Position numbers and translations under genes: made by a program
Assembly: GCF_032444005.1 (NCBI RefSeq)
Contig: NC_091289.1
Span: forward strand, 123,256,001-123,320,000
DNA length: 64,000 nucleotides
Source of the DNA: Ranitomeya imitator
Taxonomy: Eukaryota
Reading direction: 5' to 3'
In this document: positions 1 to 13,384 of the stretch, piece after piece
How the letters are laid out: each line of letters begins with the position of its first letter
Numbering within the stretch: position 1 is the first letter of the stretch
The notes under the pieces: generated by a model
The model's input: only the letters and a program-made list of their open reading frames with translations
The model's database searches: none
What the model was told of the DNA's origin: nothing

Positions 1-198
1 CATAGCTTGGATTCCAGTTCTAAATTGTTTATGATCATTCCCCCTTTTTTCTTGTATAATTGTATTTGCTGATATTTCACATGTCCATGGACTGATATAT
101 GTCCGCAGCAAAGTTTTGCATTTTACTACAATTATTATAAATTATGTGATCTATCATAGGGTAAATTGAATGTCATAATTATATCATAATATTTCTAT

Positions 199-335
199 AT
201 TATTATTATTATTATTTATTTATATAGCGCCATTAATTCCATGGTGCTGCACAAGAGAAAGGGGTTACATATACAGTTATAGATATCATTTACAGTAAAC
301 AAATTTACAGTGACAGACTGGTACAGAGGGGAGAG
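199..335 (-). mobile_element. L2/V-SINE-type 3' tail fragment
   Basis: (ATT)n run followed by TTTATTTATATAGCGCC, the same tail seen in the better copy at 38061-38273. Confidence 0.5.
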
Positions 336-1286
336 GATACCTATATACTATCTATATACCTTGCATGCTACTTAGTGGGTTCAGTCTCTATTCTTGCCCG
401 TTGTTGCTTGTTTTTAATTGAGCTTCCCATTGTATGGATTTAACCCGTTGGTTAATCAATTTTTGTAAGAGAATTTTTCTAATAAAAACAATTTTTGGAC
501 ATTTTTTATCTTATGTACTCCTCGGTTTTTCTCCTTTCTACATGGAGAATTTGTTGAAAATTTGTTGGTGATAAAGCCAAGCTGACGACACTGATACATT
601 AATAAATAGATCTCATAGATCTGATGAGTTTTTAATTTGAAAATCCATCCCGGAATGGCAGCATGAACCTTTGTGAAAGTTGTAAAGTGAGAGTTCAGCT
701 CTAAATGAGATTTTATTGCAATGCTCAATTAACTCAAGGAAGCAGTTTGTAATGTGAAAACCGGTGACAGATCCTCTTGAATGGATCCTACTTTAAATAA
801 AAACTGTATTTTATTTTTGGAATTGCTGGATCAGATGACATTTTCCTATATTTCACCTTGAAACCTTGTAAGGGATTCACTTCATGTCTCCTACTTTTTC
901 CAAAAGTGTTTAATCCAGACATTACAAGTGAAGGAGGAATGCAGAAAGTATATACTGTATATTCTTTCCTTTGTATGTATCGTCAACTCTCCTCACAGTG
1001 GATGTGTCATATTACTAAATTTACGCGTATGTGTTCTGAAAAATGCCGTTTATAGATGTCACTTTGTAAGAATAGTGCACTTTATATATATATTTTACAG
1101 TTTTACTATTCATTTCATTTTTAAGTTTTACTATTCATTTGTGTTTGTTCATGTATTTAGATGAAATCGTTTCTTTCAACAAAGACCCTCCACCCATTTA
1201 AGTAATCCAGTGATTCTCATCACAGCTGTAATGTCATGTAGAAAGAACTGACCAGTAATTAACTCAAAAGAAAATATACAGTCTAA

Positions 1287-1625
1287 AGCTGTGTTCCCAT
1301 GTCCAATAATCCTCTGTTAGAACAGATCCAGCAGTAATCTGTTGACAAAAAAGATGTGCAGTTACAACTTTTTTGTCCGTTTTTTAAAAAAAAATGATTT
1401 CAGCTGGATCTGTTTTTTTTAACATTGAAATCTATGGAAACCGGATTCTTTAAAAAGCCATCTGTTTTTCTTTCATTTGAAAAGGATCTTTAATCCTTGC
1501 AAATAGATGAAAACAGAAGGATATTAAACCAATTCGTTATCCATAGACTGTCACAACCTTTTTTGTCAACTGTTTACTGCTGGATTCGTTCTAACACATG
1601 ATTGCTGGACATGCGAACATAGCCT
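1287..1625. mobile_element. Old Harbinger-type MITE
   Basis: Degenerate TIRs AGCTGTGTTCCCATGTCCA / TGGACATGCGAACATAGCCT; internal GGATCC-like motifs similar to the MITE at 2396. Confidence 0.5.
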
Positions 1626-2395
1626 AAAAGCGCACCTGCAATGGAAACTTTATCAGTTCTTTAGATTCCATTGAAAGCAAGCAAAGGCCATATTATTCCT
1701 ACTGTACACCGCCCTAGGAGAAAACGCTTCATCTTCAGAGCTATGTTGTATCTGTGACTGACATCTAAGATAATGTCTAGAGATGTACTGGAAGCATTCA
1801 CATTTCCTTCTTATGCCACGTGACCTTGCTTGCAATGTTCTTCTTATCTTTGCACGACCCTCTCAAAGTTAAGAAGATGTTGCACGATGAAAAGTTTGAG
1901 TAGAAGGTGAATGATGATGGGTTGTGTCAGGCTTAGCATCACCTTATATGAAATGTAAGAATCGTGCTACAATCTCTTGACTATGAGCAATTAATTTAAT
2001 CACCAAATAACCATCTTTTTGTGCCTGGTACAATCTAATAACAAGCCATTACATATCGTATTTACTGAGCAAGTCCCTGCGAAATATTACATAATGTTCA
2101 TAGCCAAATATATCCATGGAAAAAAAACAAACAAAAACAAAGTGTATTTTAAAACTTCACTTTTAATGGAAAAATTGTTTCTAATATCCCAAAGAGTATT
2201 ACAAAACATTTGCTGTCTACACAGGAAATATCACAATATAATGATTTTTTTTATATCTATAATAAAAAAATGCACAATAAAGTTTGTCAATCAATAAGAG
2301 TTGTTCTCAGTGGTCAGAAACAAGTGTCCACACTGCGCCTACATGGCTAAACTAGGCGTATTCTAAAAACTTTTCTTTGTGGATGTCAACGTGTA

Positions 2396-2884
2396 AGGCC
2401 CCTTTCACACATCGTTTTTTTGCTATCAGTCGCAATCCGTTGAATTAAAAAAATAACGAATCCGGTGACTGATGCCGCCGAATCCGTCTTTTTTCTTATA
2501 GACGGATGGCCTCACGTTTTATCTGTCGTTCATCAGATCCATCAAAAATTATTTGTCCGGCGGCTGGAGACAATGGACAAAGTAACTTTTTTGTGCATAT
2601 CGAAAAATCGGACAGCGACGGATCTATCGCCGTCCGTCATTTGCTCGAATGGAATCCTATGGGCGCAAGATTCGTCAAATTATGGAATCTGGTGATGGAT
2701 TCAGTTTTTTTTTAACTGGGCATGCTCCAATTTATTTAGGATCCAATTAGCTAGATCCGCTAGTCGGATCTATCGAAAAAACAAATCTGTCGCATCAGTT
2801 TTTCACAATCTGCGATGGATCCGTCGATCCGTCGAGGCAAAGGATTGTGACTGACTGCAAAAAACTGATGTGTGAAATTGGCCT
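2396..2884. mobile_element. Harbinger-type MITE
   Basis: ~45 bp TIRs (AGGCCCCTTTCACACATCGTTTTTTTGCTATCAGTCGCAATCC vs reverse complement AGGCCAATTTCACACATCAGTTTTTTGCAGTCAGTCACAATCC); non-coding; TWA-like flanks. Confidence 0.75.
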
Positions 2885-2953
2885 TAGCCTGCTTAAGATT
2901 ACTGCCTAAAATCTCTATCTATGAAAGAGTGGCTTTTACTTGTACTAGTAAGA

Positions 2954-3810
2954 AGAAACATATACCAAATATGGATAAGACCAAAAGATACAAAAGATAA
3001 CAGGGAATATTAAAGGATATTATTTTATTATTGTGCAATAGCAGCCAAGACAAACAGTAAATAATAGATAAAGATTAAAATGTAGATATATATAACCATA
3101 CATACATATATATATATGTATATAATATATGTGTATTCGTATTAATTTTGTGGGCACATAAAAAACCTCAATATATGAATCAAATGGGTAGGTCACAAAA
3201 ATAATAGTATAAAATTATGGATACCCAGAAATAAAATAGTAAGTAATATATATAAAAAATATATTAAAAGGTGTAGATGTTAAAAAAAAAATATATATAT
3301 ATATATATATCCTTCTCTGGTCTAACTGGCTACACAGTGTTAGGTGTAAACATATATAGAAAAAGTCATGTAAAAAGTGCAATGTGCTGGTAAACAATAT
3401 AGTGTGACAGTTCACATAGGGCAAATGTTGTAAGGGAAAAGTGCAATGTGCTAGTTATAGTGTGCCAGTAATGAGGAGGTATGCCAGATACACCGAGCAC
3501 TATCCAACCAGGATAGTGACAAATATATGAATGGACAATTACTACTTACTATCAAAGACTGGGGGAATATCACCAGGACCGCCAAATGTATGAGGAAGTG
3601 CACCCCTCATCCTGGTTGGATAGTGCTCGGTGTATCTGGCATACCTCCTCATTACTGGCACACTATAACTAGCACATTGCACTTTTCCCTTACAACATTT
3701 GCCCTATGTGAACTGTCACACTATATTGTTTACCAGCACATTGCACTTTTTACATGACTTTTTCTATATATGTTTACACCTAACACTTTGTAGCCAGTTA
3801 GACCAGAGAA

Positions 3811-3874
<64 letters not shown>

Positions 3875-4356
3875 TTTTTAACATCTACACCTTTTAATAT
3901 ATTTTTTATATATATTACTTACTATTTTATTTCTGGGTATCCATAATTTTATACTATTATTTTTGTGACCTACCCATTTGATTCATATATTGAGGTTTTT
4001 TATGTGCCCATAAAATTAATACGAATACACATATATTATATACATATATATGTATGTATGTATGGTTATATATATCTGCATTTTAATCTTTATCTATTAT
4101 TTACTGTTTGTCTTGGCTGCTATTGCACAATAATAAAATAATATCCTTTAATATTCCCTGTTATCTTTTGTATCTTTTGGTCTTATCCATATTTGGTATA
4201 TGTTTCTTCTGTCTATGTAGTGGTTTCATTACATTTTTCGACACAGGTGGTACTGGGTATAGCAGTGATATTATACATAGGGTATACATGCTATTGGTAA
4301 TAATTAGTATATATATATATATACCTGGTATTTACTCCTGTGTTTCCTTTATAACG
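2954..4356 (+). mobile_element. TSD-flanked fold-back insertion (Penelope-like architecture, non-coding)
   Basis: 14-bp direct repeat TTGTACTAGTAAGA at 2940-2953 and 4357-4370; inverted arms 2951-3514 / 3609-4210; ~94 bp spacer; ~146 bp unique tail. Confidence 0.7.
3813..3878. repeat. (AT)n microsatellite plus T-run
   Basis: Direct reading; longer in the right arm of the fold-back than in the left arm (~3283-3310). Confidence 0.95.
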
Positions 4357-4397
4357 TTGTACTAGTAAGATATTGGTTGCTTCCACCTTTTACATAA

Positions 4398-5099
4398 AGG
4401 TACCATCACATTTAGCGATGCTGCAGCGATCTAGACAACGATCCCGATCGCTGCAGCATCGTTGTGTGGTCGCTGGAGAGCTGTCACACAGACAGCTCTC
4501 CAGCGACCAACTATGCGAAGTCCCCTAGTAACCAGGGTAAACATCGGGTTACTAAGCGCAGGGCCGCGCTTAGTAACCCAATGTTTACCCTGGTTACCAG
4601 AGTAAACGTAAAAAAAAAAAAAAAAAACCACTACATACTTACATTCCAGTGTCTGTCGTGTGCTTCTCTGCACTGACTGTGAGCGCCAGCCGGAAAGCAC
4701 AGCGGTGATGTCACCGCTGTGCTCTGCTTTCCGGCCGGCGCTTACACATTGCAGAGAAGCACAGCGCCAGGGGACAGACACCGGAATGTAGTGTTTTTTT
4801 TTTACGTTTACCCTGGTAACCAGGGTAAACATCGGGTTACTAAGCGCGGCCCTGCGCTTAGTAATCCGATGTTTATCCTGGTTACCAGTGAAGACATCGC
4901 TGAATCGGCGTCACACACGCCGATTCAGCGATGTCTGCGGGAGATCCAGCGACGAAATAAAGTTCTGGACTTTCTGCTCCAACCAACAATGGCACAGCAG
5001 GATCCTGATCGCTGTTGCCTGTCAAACTCAACGATATTGCTAGCCAGGATGCTGCAACGTCACGGATCGCTAGCGATATCGTTCAGTGTGACGGTACCT
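4398..5099. mobile_element. Palindromic Harbinger-type MITE (AGGTACC family)
   Basis: TIR AGGTACC(A/G)TCACA; TAA TSD at 4395-4397 and 5100-5102; internal inverted repeats (CAGGGTAAACATCGGGTTACTAAGCGC); a half copy lies at 57205-57535. Confidence 0.85.
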
Positions 5100-7974
5100 T
5101 AACACCTGACCATTTATCAACATGTGACCTAGTAAATGGATTAGTTGCAATAGATGGAGTCTATATACTCACCTTTTATCTTGGCTCCAGTGTAAATCAG
5201 TTTAGGCAATTTGTTAAGGAGTATGCAAAAGTACTGAAGTATCTTCTGTAGCATAGGGGCCTACTGAACTGAATCATCATATGACATCATTCTGTTTGTT
5301 TTTGTTCTATTTCTTTTTAGTCTTATAGATCTTAATATATACAGCATTATTTTTTATGTTTTCACGTACCATTGTATATTATGACTGCACGATCAGACAA
5401 ATAATAACATTTATATCGTAGGATTTTTGGCTCAATGTGGTTCCTTGATGGAACCCATCCCAGGTGAAATGTGTCTGAACCTTTTTTTTAAAAACCTCTA
5501 ACCATTGAGAACAACTCTAATTATCAAAGATTATTATATGTATTAACCTTATATGTTCTATTCTATTATGATGTGTTCTGTGTAGTCAACATATGTTTGA
5601 AATGTTTTGGGGATTTTTAGAAAAAGTGAGGTTTTTAAAATCTACTTTGGTTTCTCATACATATTTTTGGCTATGAAAATTATGTAACATTTTTCTGAGA
5701 CTTGCGCTGTATAATTGAGCAGTAGTGTTTAGACGAGATGTAAGAATAGTATTGTTTGTCAAGACTAACCTTCCCTTGTTTAGTTAATAAAATATTTCTT
5801 CTCCACAGTTTTTGGGAAGAATTTTATTTGTTTGGTAACTTGTACATCAGACACAATGAAGGATGATAGATGTAACAAGCGCAAAACCAAACACATTAGG
5901 AATCACCTTTTTTGTCTTAAGGGAAAATATGGGTCCAAACACGCTTTAGGTTAAGTAACTACGGTAGGTAATCTTGGCTCTTGCCAGATTGTATACAATG
6001 ATTGAATGGTAATAGAATTAAGAAAGCTCCTTATCTACCATATCTGCCTTTTTGACAGTTTTCTTTACTTTTTTCTTAACACCAAATTTAGAAAAACTGG
6101 AGAAGCTTTGCATGACCTATGATCAGTCCTTGTAACAGTGGAGTAACTGCTACCTCTGTGACCAAAAATTGGCTTTGATGAGCCAACACTAATATCTCAT
6201 AGAAATGAATAAACAGAACTTCTTTTCAAGGAATTCTTATTGGAAACTGATTAAAGCAAATATACTAGCACAAGCTCTCATACTGAAAGGAGAGGAAGAA
6301 TAGTAGTATGGTTATTAAGCTGGAGCATTTTGGAAGAAGTGATGAAAGATCTTCTATTGAAACGTCTTTAGCCTTAATCAGGGGACACACTATAAAAGAA
6401 AGATGATTGGTAACTTCACTCCTGGCGGGACCACACAATGTTCTGCAACCCGAGAGAGTCAAATGCACCCAGGAGACCTCTCTCTTGTTCTGAATGTTGA
6501 CTCTTTGAAGTAGAGGAGAGGAGTCAATAGTTAATGACTGAAATAAAAGATGTCTTATCAGTCCCTTTGTCCAGAAAAAAAGGCGAAATTCTAAACCAAT
6601 GGTTTTGCTTGTGCAATATTCCCATTGATACCAAAATATGTGCTAATATATTTGAAAATTGGTCAACCAAGGGCATATTGAGAGTAACTACTTTACATTC
6701 ATGACTCTGAATTATAGAGCTCTGTTTTATGTTCAGGTGTAAAAATATCAAAAGTGAATTAATATAATGTCTAAGTATTTGTCTTTCACAAACTCTATTT
6801 TGACTGTAATTTTATTTTTTTTCCATGTTTCAACTATAATATATTCATCAGTTGTCCGAATGATTGCTGTGAGACCGCATATTAATAGATTACATTGATA
6901 CCCTAGCTAGATATATAATATTTAAATAAAATATTATAATACATTTTTATTTGATCTAAATACATAATATTAAAATAAAATATAGTTGAAATAAACTTTG
7001 TATAATATTTTTTATGAAACTTTTCAGACCACATTCAAAATTGATTTTTAAAATTATTTTGATGTGAAACATTTTTTTTTTACCACTATGCCTCATCTGC
7101 TCATAATCTGGATATTTCTCTGTCACCAAACCATACTATTGGGCTCTGCATTGACATTAATGTTGCCCTCAAAAGCATAATTCTGAATTTCTAATATTTT
7201 CAAAATAATAGCCCAAAAGACCAAGTTCTTGGAAAGGAACCATGGTATTTTCATTTCTAGTGATCAGTGGATGTCACAGTGTCCTGACCGCATTGACTCT
7301 ATTTTCTTTGACATGTTGAAAGATTGAGAAAAAAATACACATACTCTACAATTTTTAGAAAATGAAAGATATGTCAATTTGACTCTATAACAAGCCTGTA
7401 AAATGTTACAGACGACAGAATGTGATACCCACTAGAAGTGAGGGTTATAGTGATTCATTGACTTCTGGAAATCTGTACACAATTCTTGAGCTCACTTTTT
7501 TATAGGATTTTAAGTTAATTTCTACACATTTATAGCATCATTTTCTTGATACATCTTTGTTTTATTTTGGTATATCTATATTTTATTTGACAGAATTTAT
7601 AATTTTTTTTATTTCACTTTTGCTTTCGATGTACATTCTCAATATCTTTTTCTGGAACATATGGAATATATATCGTAAGTGGAAACTATTAACATTATGA
7701 ACATGTGATAATAAATATAAGTGTTTATATTCAATATTTTCATAGTTATGAGTTAAAGAGGTTGTCTAGTCATATCCTATCGATGACCTAGCATTAAGAT
7801 AGATATGAATATGAATATGAATATGCAATGGGTGGAGGACTAACATCTGTCACTTGTACTCATCAGCTGTTATATGCTCCAATGGCTTCTACATCTAAAA
7901 GCTTTGAAAGGAGCTATAAAGTGCAGCTCTATTCAATGTGTAGCAGCTGCCGCCGTGTACTGCAGAGCAGGTCA

Positions 7975-8175
7975 TATTTTAATTTATTTATTTTACTCAC
8001 TTATTTAGCACCACTAATTCCACAGCACTTTACAGACATCCTCATCACTGTTCCTATTGAGGCTCACAATCTAAAGTCCCCATCTGCATGTCTTTGGAGT
8101 ATATGAAGAAACTGAAGCACCAGGAAGAAACCCCTGCAAAAACAGGAAGAACGTACAAACTCTTTGCAGGTGTTC
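7975..8175 (-). mobile_element. Degenerate V-SINE-like/L2-tail copy
   Basis: GAAGCACCAGGAAGAAACCCCTGCAAAAACAGGAAGAACGTACAAACTC resembles the copy at 38061-38273. Confidence 0.55.
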
Positions 8176-8990
8176 TAAATGTTTAACGATTCCACTCTTT
8201 ATTCCACAACCAGGTATAAAGAGGTAAATCTAAAGGAAAAATGTAAAAAAAGTTGTAAAGTTTTCTGATAACAAAGAAAAATGTATAAAGAAAACTATGC
8301 TGCATAAAAATGAGGGTTGGATTTAATTGTAAAAAAAAAACAAAATACAAGAAAGTTGGTTCAACAGTATGTAAAAGTTTGGGCAGCTCTGGTCAAAATT
8401 ACTGTTATTGTGAACAGGCTGGTTTCACATTTGCGGTTGTGTATGCAGCATTTCTTCCGCAATTATCCGCATGCGTCGTGTATTTCTATATTTAACATAA
8501 GGGACACATGTGTCTGCGATCGGTTGCATTTTGCCGCGTTCGACGACGCATGCGTCGCTTCGTCGTCTGCGGTTTGGCATGGTAAACGCTACATGTAGTA
8601 ATTTTAGAGGCGTCAATTTGCCACCTAGAAATGTATGCGGTTGCTAGTGGAAGGAATGCGGCAAAAAAACGCATTGCTGTCTATGTGAACGCGTGCGGCC
8701 GCAAGCACATGCATTTGCTTGCGTTTGTGAACGCATGCGTTGCACCACAGGAAAACATGTCTAGACACTGATTAGCCACCCCCCACATACAAACTGATAA
8801 AGGATGGGAGTGGACATTTGCAGGTCACTACTCAGCAGACTGGGAACAAGAGCAGACGCAGCAGACCAGACACAGGAAGGAATCTACACTCTGAACAATG
8901 TGAGTTTATCCTAGCCAGTGTCTTTATTTTCTATTTTATGTCTCTACATGTCCTAATTTCTGCCATTTTTTTCTTTTTGCGTGCATCAGA

Positions 8991-11241
8991 ATGTCATCTT
9001 CTGAGGAGGAGCAACGGCCTGGGCCTGCAGAAGCTAATCATGTCAGTGAAGTGAGTACTCACCTCCTCATATTGGTAAGTATTCACTGTCACATCTACAC
9101 TTATGACAATTTTTTTTTCTTTTTTTAGAGCACTTCTTCTACTGTGGCAGAGGCTGGTCAGGAGCAGCGGGGTCACGGTTGGCAAGGCGGCAGCGTGTAC
9201 GTATACGTGGCTGACTGTTTATTGTATCTTCACTTTACTCTTGGATGTTCATTTCTTTACTTTCCTCTTTCTTTCGCTTTTTCTTCTTGACTCCTTTTGT
9301 TTCTTGACTTTCAATATTCGTGGCAGTTTTCTGTCTCTGTCTTCTTTCTTTTCCTTATGTTAATGTATCCAACATTAATGTGTTTATTTATTTTGTTAGG
9401 TTCCAGAACGGGATGAGGACCTCATTGAAAATTACCTCCTTATCTCCCTGGTCCATGAGCGAGTCCCGTTGTGGGACACCCAGGTTCCGCAGCACTCGGA
9501 CAACATGACAATCCGGCGGCTATGGAATGAGGTGGCCAAAGCGATGTGGGATGGCTGGGACAATGCCCCGACTCAGGTCCAAAATGCATTTTGCAAGTAT
9601 TGCAATGCAGTGTGATGCAGCAGTGACCTTGGCCGTGATCACACAACTGTGTGTGATGAGAGAAACTCTCAGGAGTTTCTCTCATCACACACAGTTGTGT
9701 GATCAAAGCCAAAGGTCCACTGTCTAACCATTCTTTTTTGTTTTTTCAACAGTGCTCAAAGTCAAAACACATTGGCGTTTGATGAAGGATCGCTTCAACA
9801 AGGACCTTTGTCAAGAGAGCCGGGTTCATAGTGGTCCTGGAGCAAGGATCTGAAAATATAAATAACACCACATTCTGGCATTTTTGAGAACGGTCCTTGC
9901 CCAGAGAATGTAAGTATTTATTTGGTGTATTAGGTTGTGTTGTATTGCCGTAATCTGTATGTTTCTATTCCATAGGAGTTGGCGCTTAACTTTTGTAAAT
10001 GTTTGGTAGTAATGTGTTATTTTCTTATTTTTTCACAGCACATGGAGCAGCACTCTTGACCCTGGTTCTGGAGCGGTCCTTAATTAAACAGCCACGGAGC
10101 TGTTCAAGCCTTCCAGCAGCGCTGCAGCAAGTGGGCCTGCAACACAGACTGGAGACCAGGAAGCTGGTCCATCAGGTGTCCCCTTGTCCCAGTCCTCTGC
10201 CTCTACCTCTTTTGTTTTTGGCTCTTCCCGGCAGCAGCAGAGGGTCTCGGCAGGTCACTCATGCCTGAGTTTTTGCACTTGAGCTCGGTCTTTCGTGATG
10301 GACTCAAGGCGATGAGTGACCGACTGGATACTGCCATTAGCCATATGAATACACGTATCCAGGAGGTCACCAAAAGCCTTGACCAAGTGAAAGCCGACCT
10401 CCAGAGGCCAGCACATCATTTTTTAATCAAATTGAACATGGCATGTCGGATCACCTTACTCCTGATCTCCAGCTTAGTGTCATGCAGGCCTGCAATGCTG
10501 CTTAGTCGGTATTTTCAGCAGACAGTGGCGGCATATCCACTTGTGCCTACACTGTCACGCTTGACCTCAATGCTGAGCTCTGCTGCATACCACTGCATGG
10601 CCACCTCCATTCCAAGCACTGCCGGACACCACTACAGCACCACCACCATGCCGAGTGCTGTTGGACAGCCCACCGCCACCACCATGACAACTGCTGCTCC
10701 TGCTTGGACCTCCTCCACTGACACCACCATGCAGCAGCAGCAACAGCAGCAACCGGACCCTGGCATGGCCTTCCCCACCACCACCATGCAGCAGAAGCCG
10801 GACCCTGGCATGGCCTTCCCCACCACCACAACCATGCAGCAGCAGCGGCACAGGGACCCTGGCATGGCCTTCCCCACCATCGCAACCATGCTGCGGCACA
10901 TGGACCCTGACAGGTCGGCCACCTCGGCCAGGCCACTAGAAATGAGCCCAACGATGCTCCCCGTACCGCAGCACCGATCCCAAAAAGGGAAAGGAAAAAA
11001 GAAACAGAGGACTATCACTATCCCTCCCCCCTCACCTCCCAATGTGTCTGTAATGTCTGGTTTGTCTAACCATTCTAATGTGTCTCTGGCCTCTCATGCA
11101 TCAAGTCCCATCCCCGAACTGCCAGACCCCAGTAATTTAATTGCCCCTTCTCCTGCCACCTCTGCGTTGTCCACAGTTAGTCAAGCTTCACAGCTACATA
11201 CCCCCCATTTCCGGCACTCTACCCCAAGCAGGCGCAGTTAA
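8991..11241 (+). pseudogene. Harbinger MADF/Myb-like DNA-binding protein, 5 coding exons (8991-9050, 9129-~9196, 9400-9592, 9753-9909, 10039-11241)
   Basis: Spliced translation gives LISLVHERVPLWDT...RRLWNEVAKAMW...KVKTHWRLMKDRFNKDL (MADF); canonical splice sites plus one GC-AG intron; in-frame stops in exons 4 and 5 and frameshifts. Confidence 0.85.
10755..10915 (+). repeat. Coding tandem repeat (DPGMAFPTTTMQQ-like x3-4) in the MADF gene C-terminus
   Basis: GACCCTGGCATGGCCTTCCCCACCA repeated at ~10756, 10801 and 10855, with a partial copy at ~10903. Confidence 0.85.
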
Positions 11242-11960
11242 TTTTTTTTGTGTAAAAATAAATAATAATGTTTTTTGCCCCCAATAATGTTTGGTTAATT
11301 GTGTATTTCGCCGCCGGTAACACACACCGTGCGCCGAATTAAACACTGCACCGCACACTTTATTTTTTTGCCACCTCATAGCTCCAGTAGTTAGTAAGTA
11401 CAACACTGCAGCTTTGTGTGTGTTTGGTATAGAGATATGAGGTGGCCCCAAAAAATAATACTTGTATTTTCTCCATAATCGCTTCCTTCTGCTTACTCTG
11501 TGACTTTGTGTTGCAGACTGAAGAGAAAATGGCGGTAATACTATGCAGAACTATACTCAACAGGTCATGTGTCCAAAAACTCATTAGTTATGACACCTGA
11601 CCTGGTGATTAGAGAACTGCCTTGTATAAGCTCCATTTTCTCTTCTGTGTACGTAATCTATTTCACACAAAGTGAAGGGATGATAGAGGTCATACAAGGC
11701 ATATCTATACTCACCTGGACATGTGTCAGAAATAGTGAATTCATGAGGCTGTCATGTGCATCATGAATTCATTATTTCTGACACCTGACTTGATGAGTAT
11801 AGATCTGTTTTGTAAACAGCTATCGTCTCTTCAGTCTGCGTCCAATAGATACTGCAGAACAGAATCAGGACGCAATGACGTAAACAACCTTACCATTAAC
11901 AACCTAAGTGGTTTTTAGAGGAAATACATAGGAGACGGTCAAGATAACAAAACACATAGT

Positions 11961-13384
11961 TTATTGACAACAAATATTAGTAACATTTAAAATATAACTG
12001 GTACAGACCCAAACCCAACAAGACATTTTATACAATATTGTCCTGCCATGCCACACGTCCAATATCAGAATAAAAAAGGCAGCAAATTGGTCCTGCATGT
12101 GGCCAACTTCAACAGTTGACCGCAGCGGGTGATGCTGGTAATCGGGCCATGGGTTTGCAACTTGTTCATCCAGTTCAATGTTGGGTCGCTCCCTAGCCAT
12201 AATGTAATTGTGGAGAACCACACAGGCTTTGACCACCTCATCGACTGTCTCCATTTTTAGATTAATGGCTGTTGCAAGAATGCACCATTTTGAGACTATA
12301 ATCCCAAAGGTACACTCTACTGTTCTTCGGGCCCTGGTCAGTCTGTAGTTAAAGATCCTTTTAGTGTGGTTCAAGTCCTGACTGGAATATGGCTTCAGTA
12401 GGTTTTCATACATCTGAAAGGCCTCATCCCCAACCATAACAAATGGCATCGTTGTGCCTTGTGTGTTGGGGAGAGGTCGTGGCCGTGGAAAATTAAAATT
12501 TTTGCCATAGACACGTCGGCCCATATCTGAGTTCTTGAAAGTCTGGGAATCGTTGCCATGGCCAAAAGCTCCAATGTCCACGGCGATGAAGCAACGGTCC
12601 GCATCTGCTATTGCCATGAGCACGACAGAAAAATATTTTTTGTAGTTGAAGTACTCCAATCCAATTCTGGCAAGTTTGATAATGCGTATGTGCTTTCCAT
12701 CCACCGCACCCATCACACACACTCCAGAATTTCTCTGCTATTCCCATTCACATGTCCTCAGTGGGTATGGGTATAAATTCATCCCGGAGAACATTCCACA
12801 AAACCCAGCAGGTGTCTGCAACTGTACCAGATAGGGTAGAAATTCTAAGCCGGTACTGGAAGTGGAGGGATGATAAGCTCTCTCCAGTTGCCAGAAATCT
12901 GTAATAAAATAAATAAAAAATAAATTACAATCAATTCTATTTATGGTGTTGTTCTAAAGACAAAAAGGAAAATACAAAGAATACATGTCAGACCAACAAT
13001 AATTATGATTGGCATTTGTTTAGAATTATTACGTACATTAATGTAACCAGTAGACGTTCCTCTGCAGGAATCGCTCTACGGTGCTGGGTGTCCTGTCTCC
13101 GGATGGCTCCTTGGACACGACAAAGCAAATCCCGAAATGAGTCTTGCGACATCCTGGAATATTCCGGGAATTTGTCCGGGTTGGCATTAAGCTCACCATA
13201 TAGCGTGTGATAGGCTCCACGGCTCTCCCGGAGTTTGATAATGAGGTGTCTCCAAAAACGCCGACGCCGTGCCTTCTCTGTTTTCTCGATTTCTTTGTTG
13301 CTCCCAAGCAAACGCACAGGCAAGAAACAGCTCGATGCTTAAATCCAGGTTGAAATAAAAGCTCTCCATGCGAAGATCCATCAT
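11961..13384 (-). pseudogene. Harbinger transposase (HARBI1-like, DDE_Tnp_4), 2 exons (13384-13037, 12898-11961)
   Basis: AIPAEERLLVTL|RFLATGESLSSLHFQYR...GAVDGKHIRI...GNDSQTF...VGDEAF...FNYRLTRARRTVECTFGI...ACVVLHN; intron 12899-13036 GT-AG; TGA in exon 2, loss of the FPNC segment and an exon 1 frameshift. Confidence 0.92.

Noticed and set aside
620-650. CTGATGAG...TGAAA hammerhead-like string
   Set aside because: No pairable helix II or flanking helices.
1637-1943. Exon-like segment on the minus strand with AG/GT ends
   Set aside because: Stops in all three frames and no recognisable protein.
6270-6750. Short coding-looking frames in unique DNA
   Set aside because: Short, interrupted and without recognisable homology.
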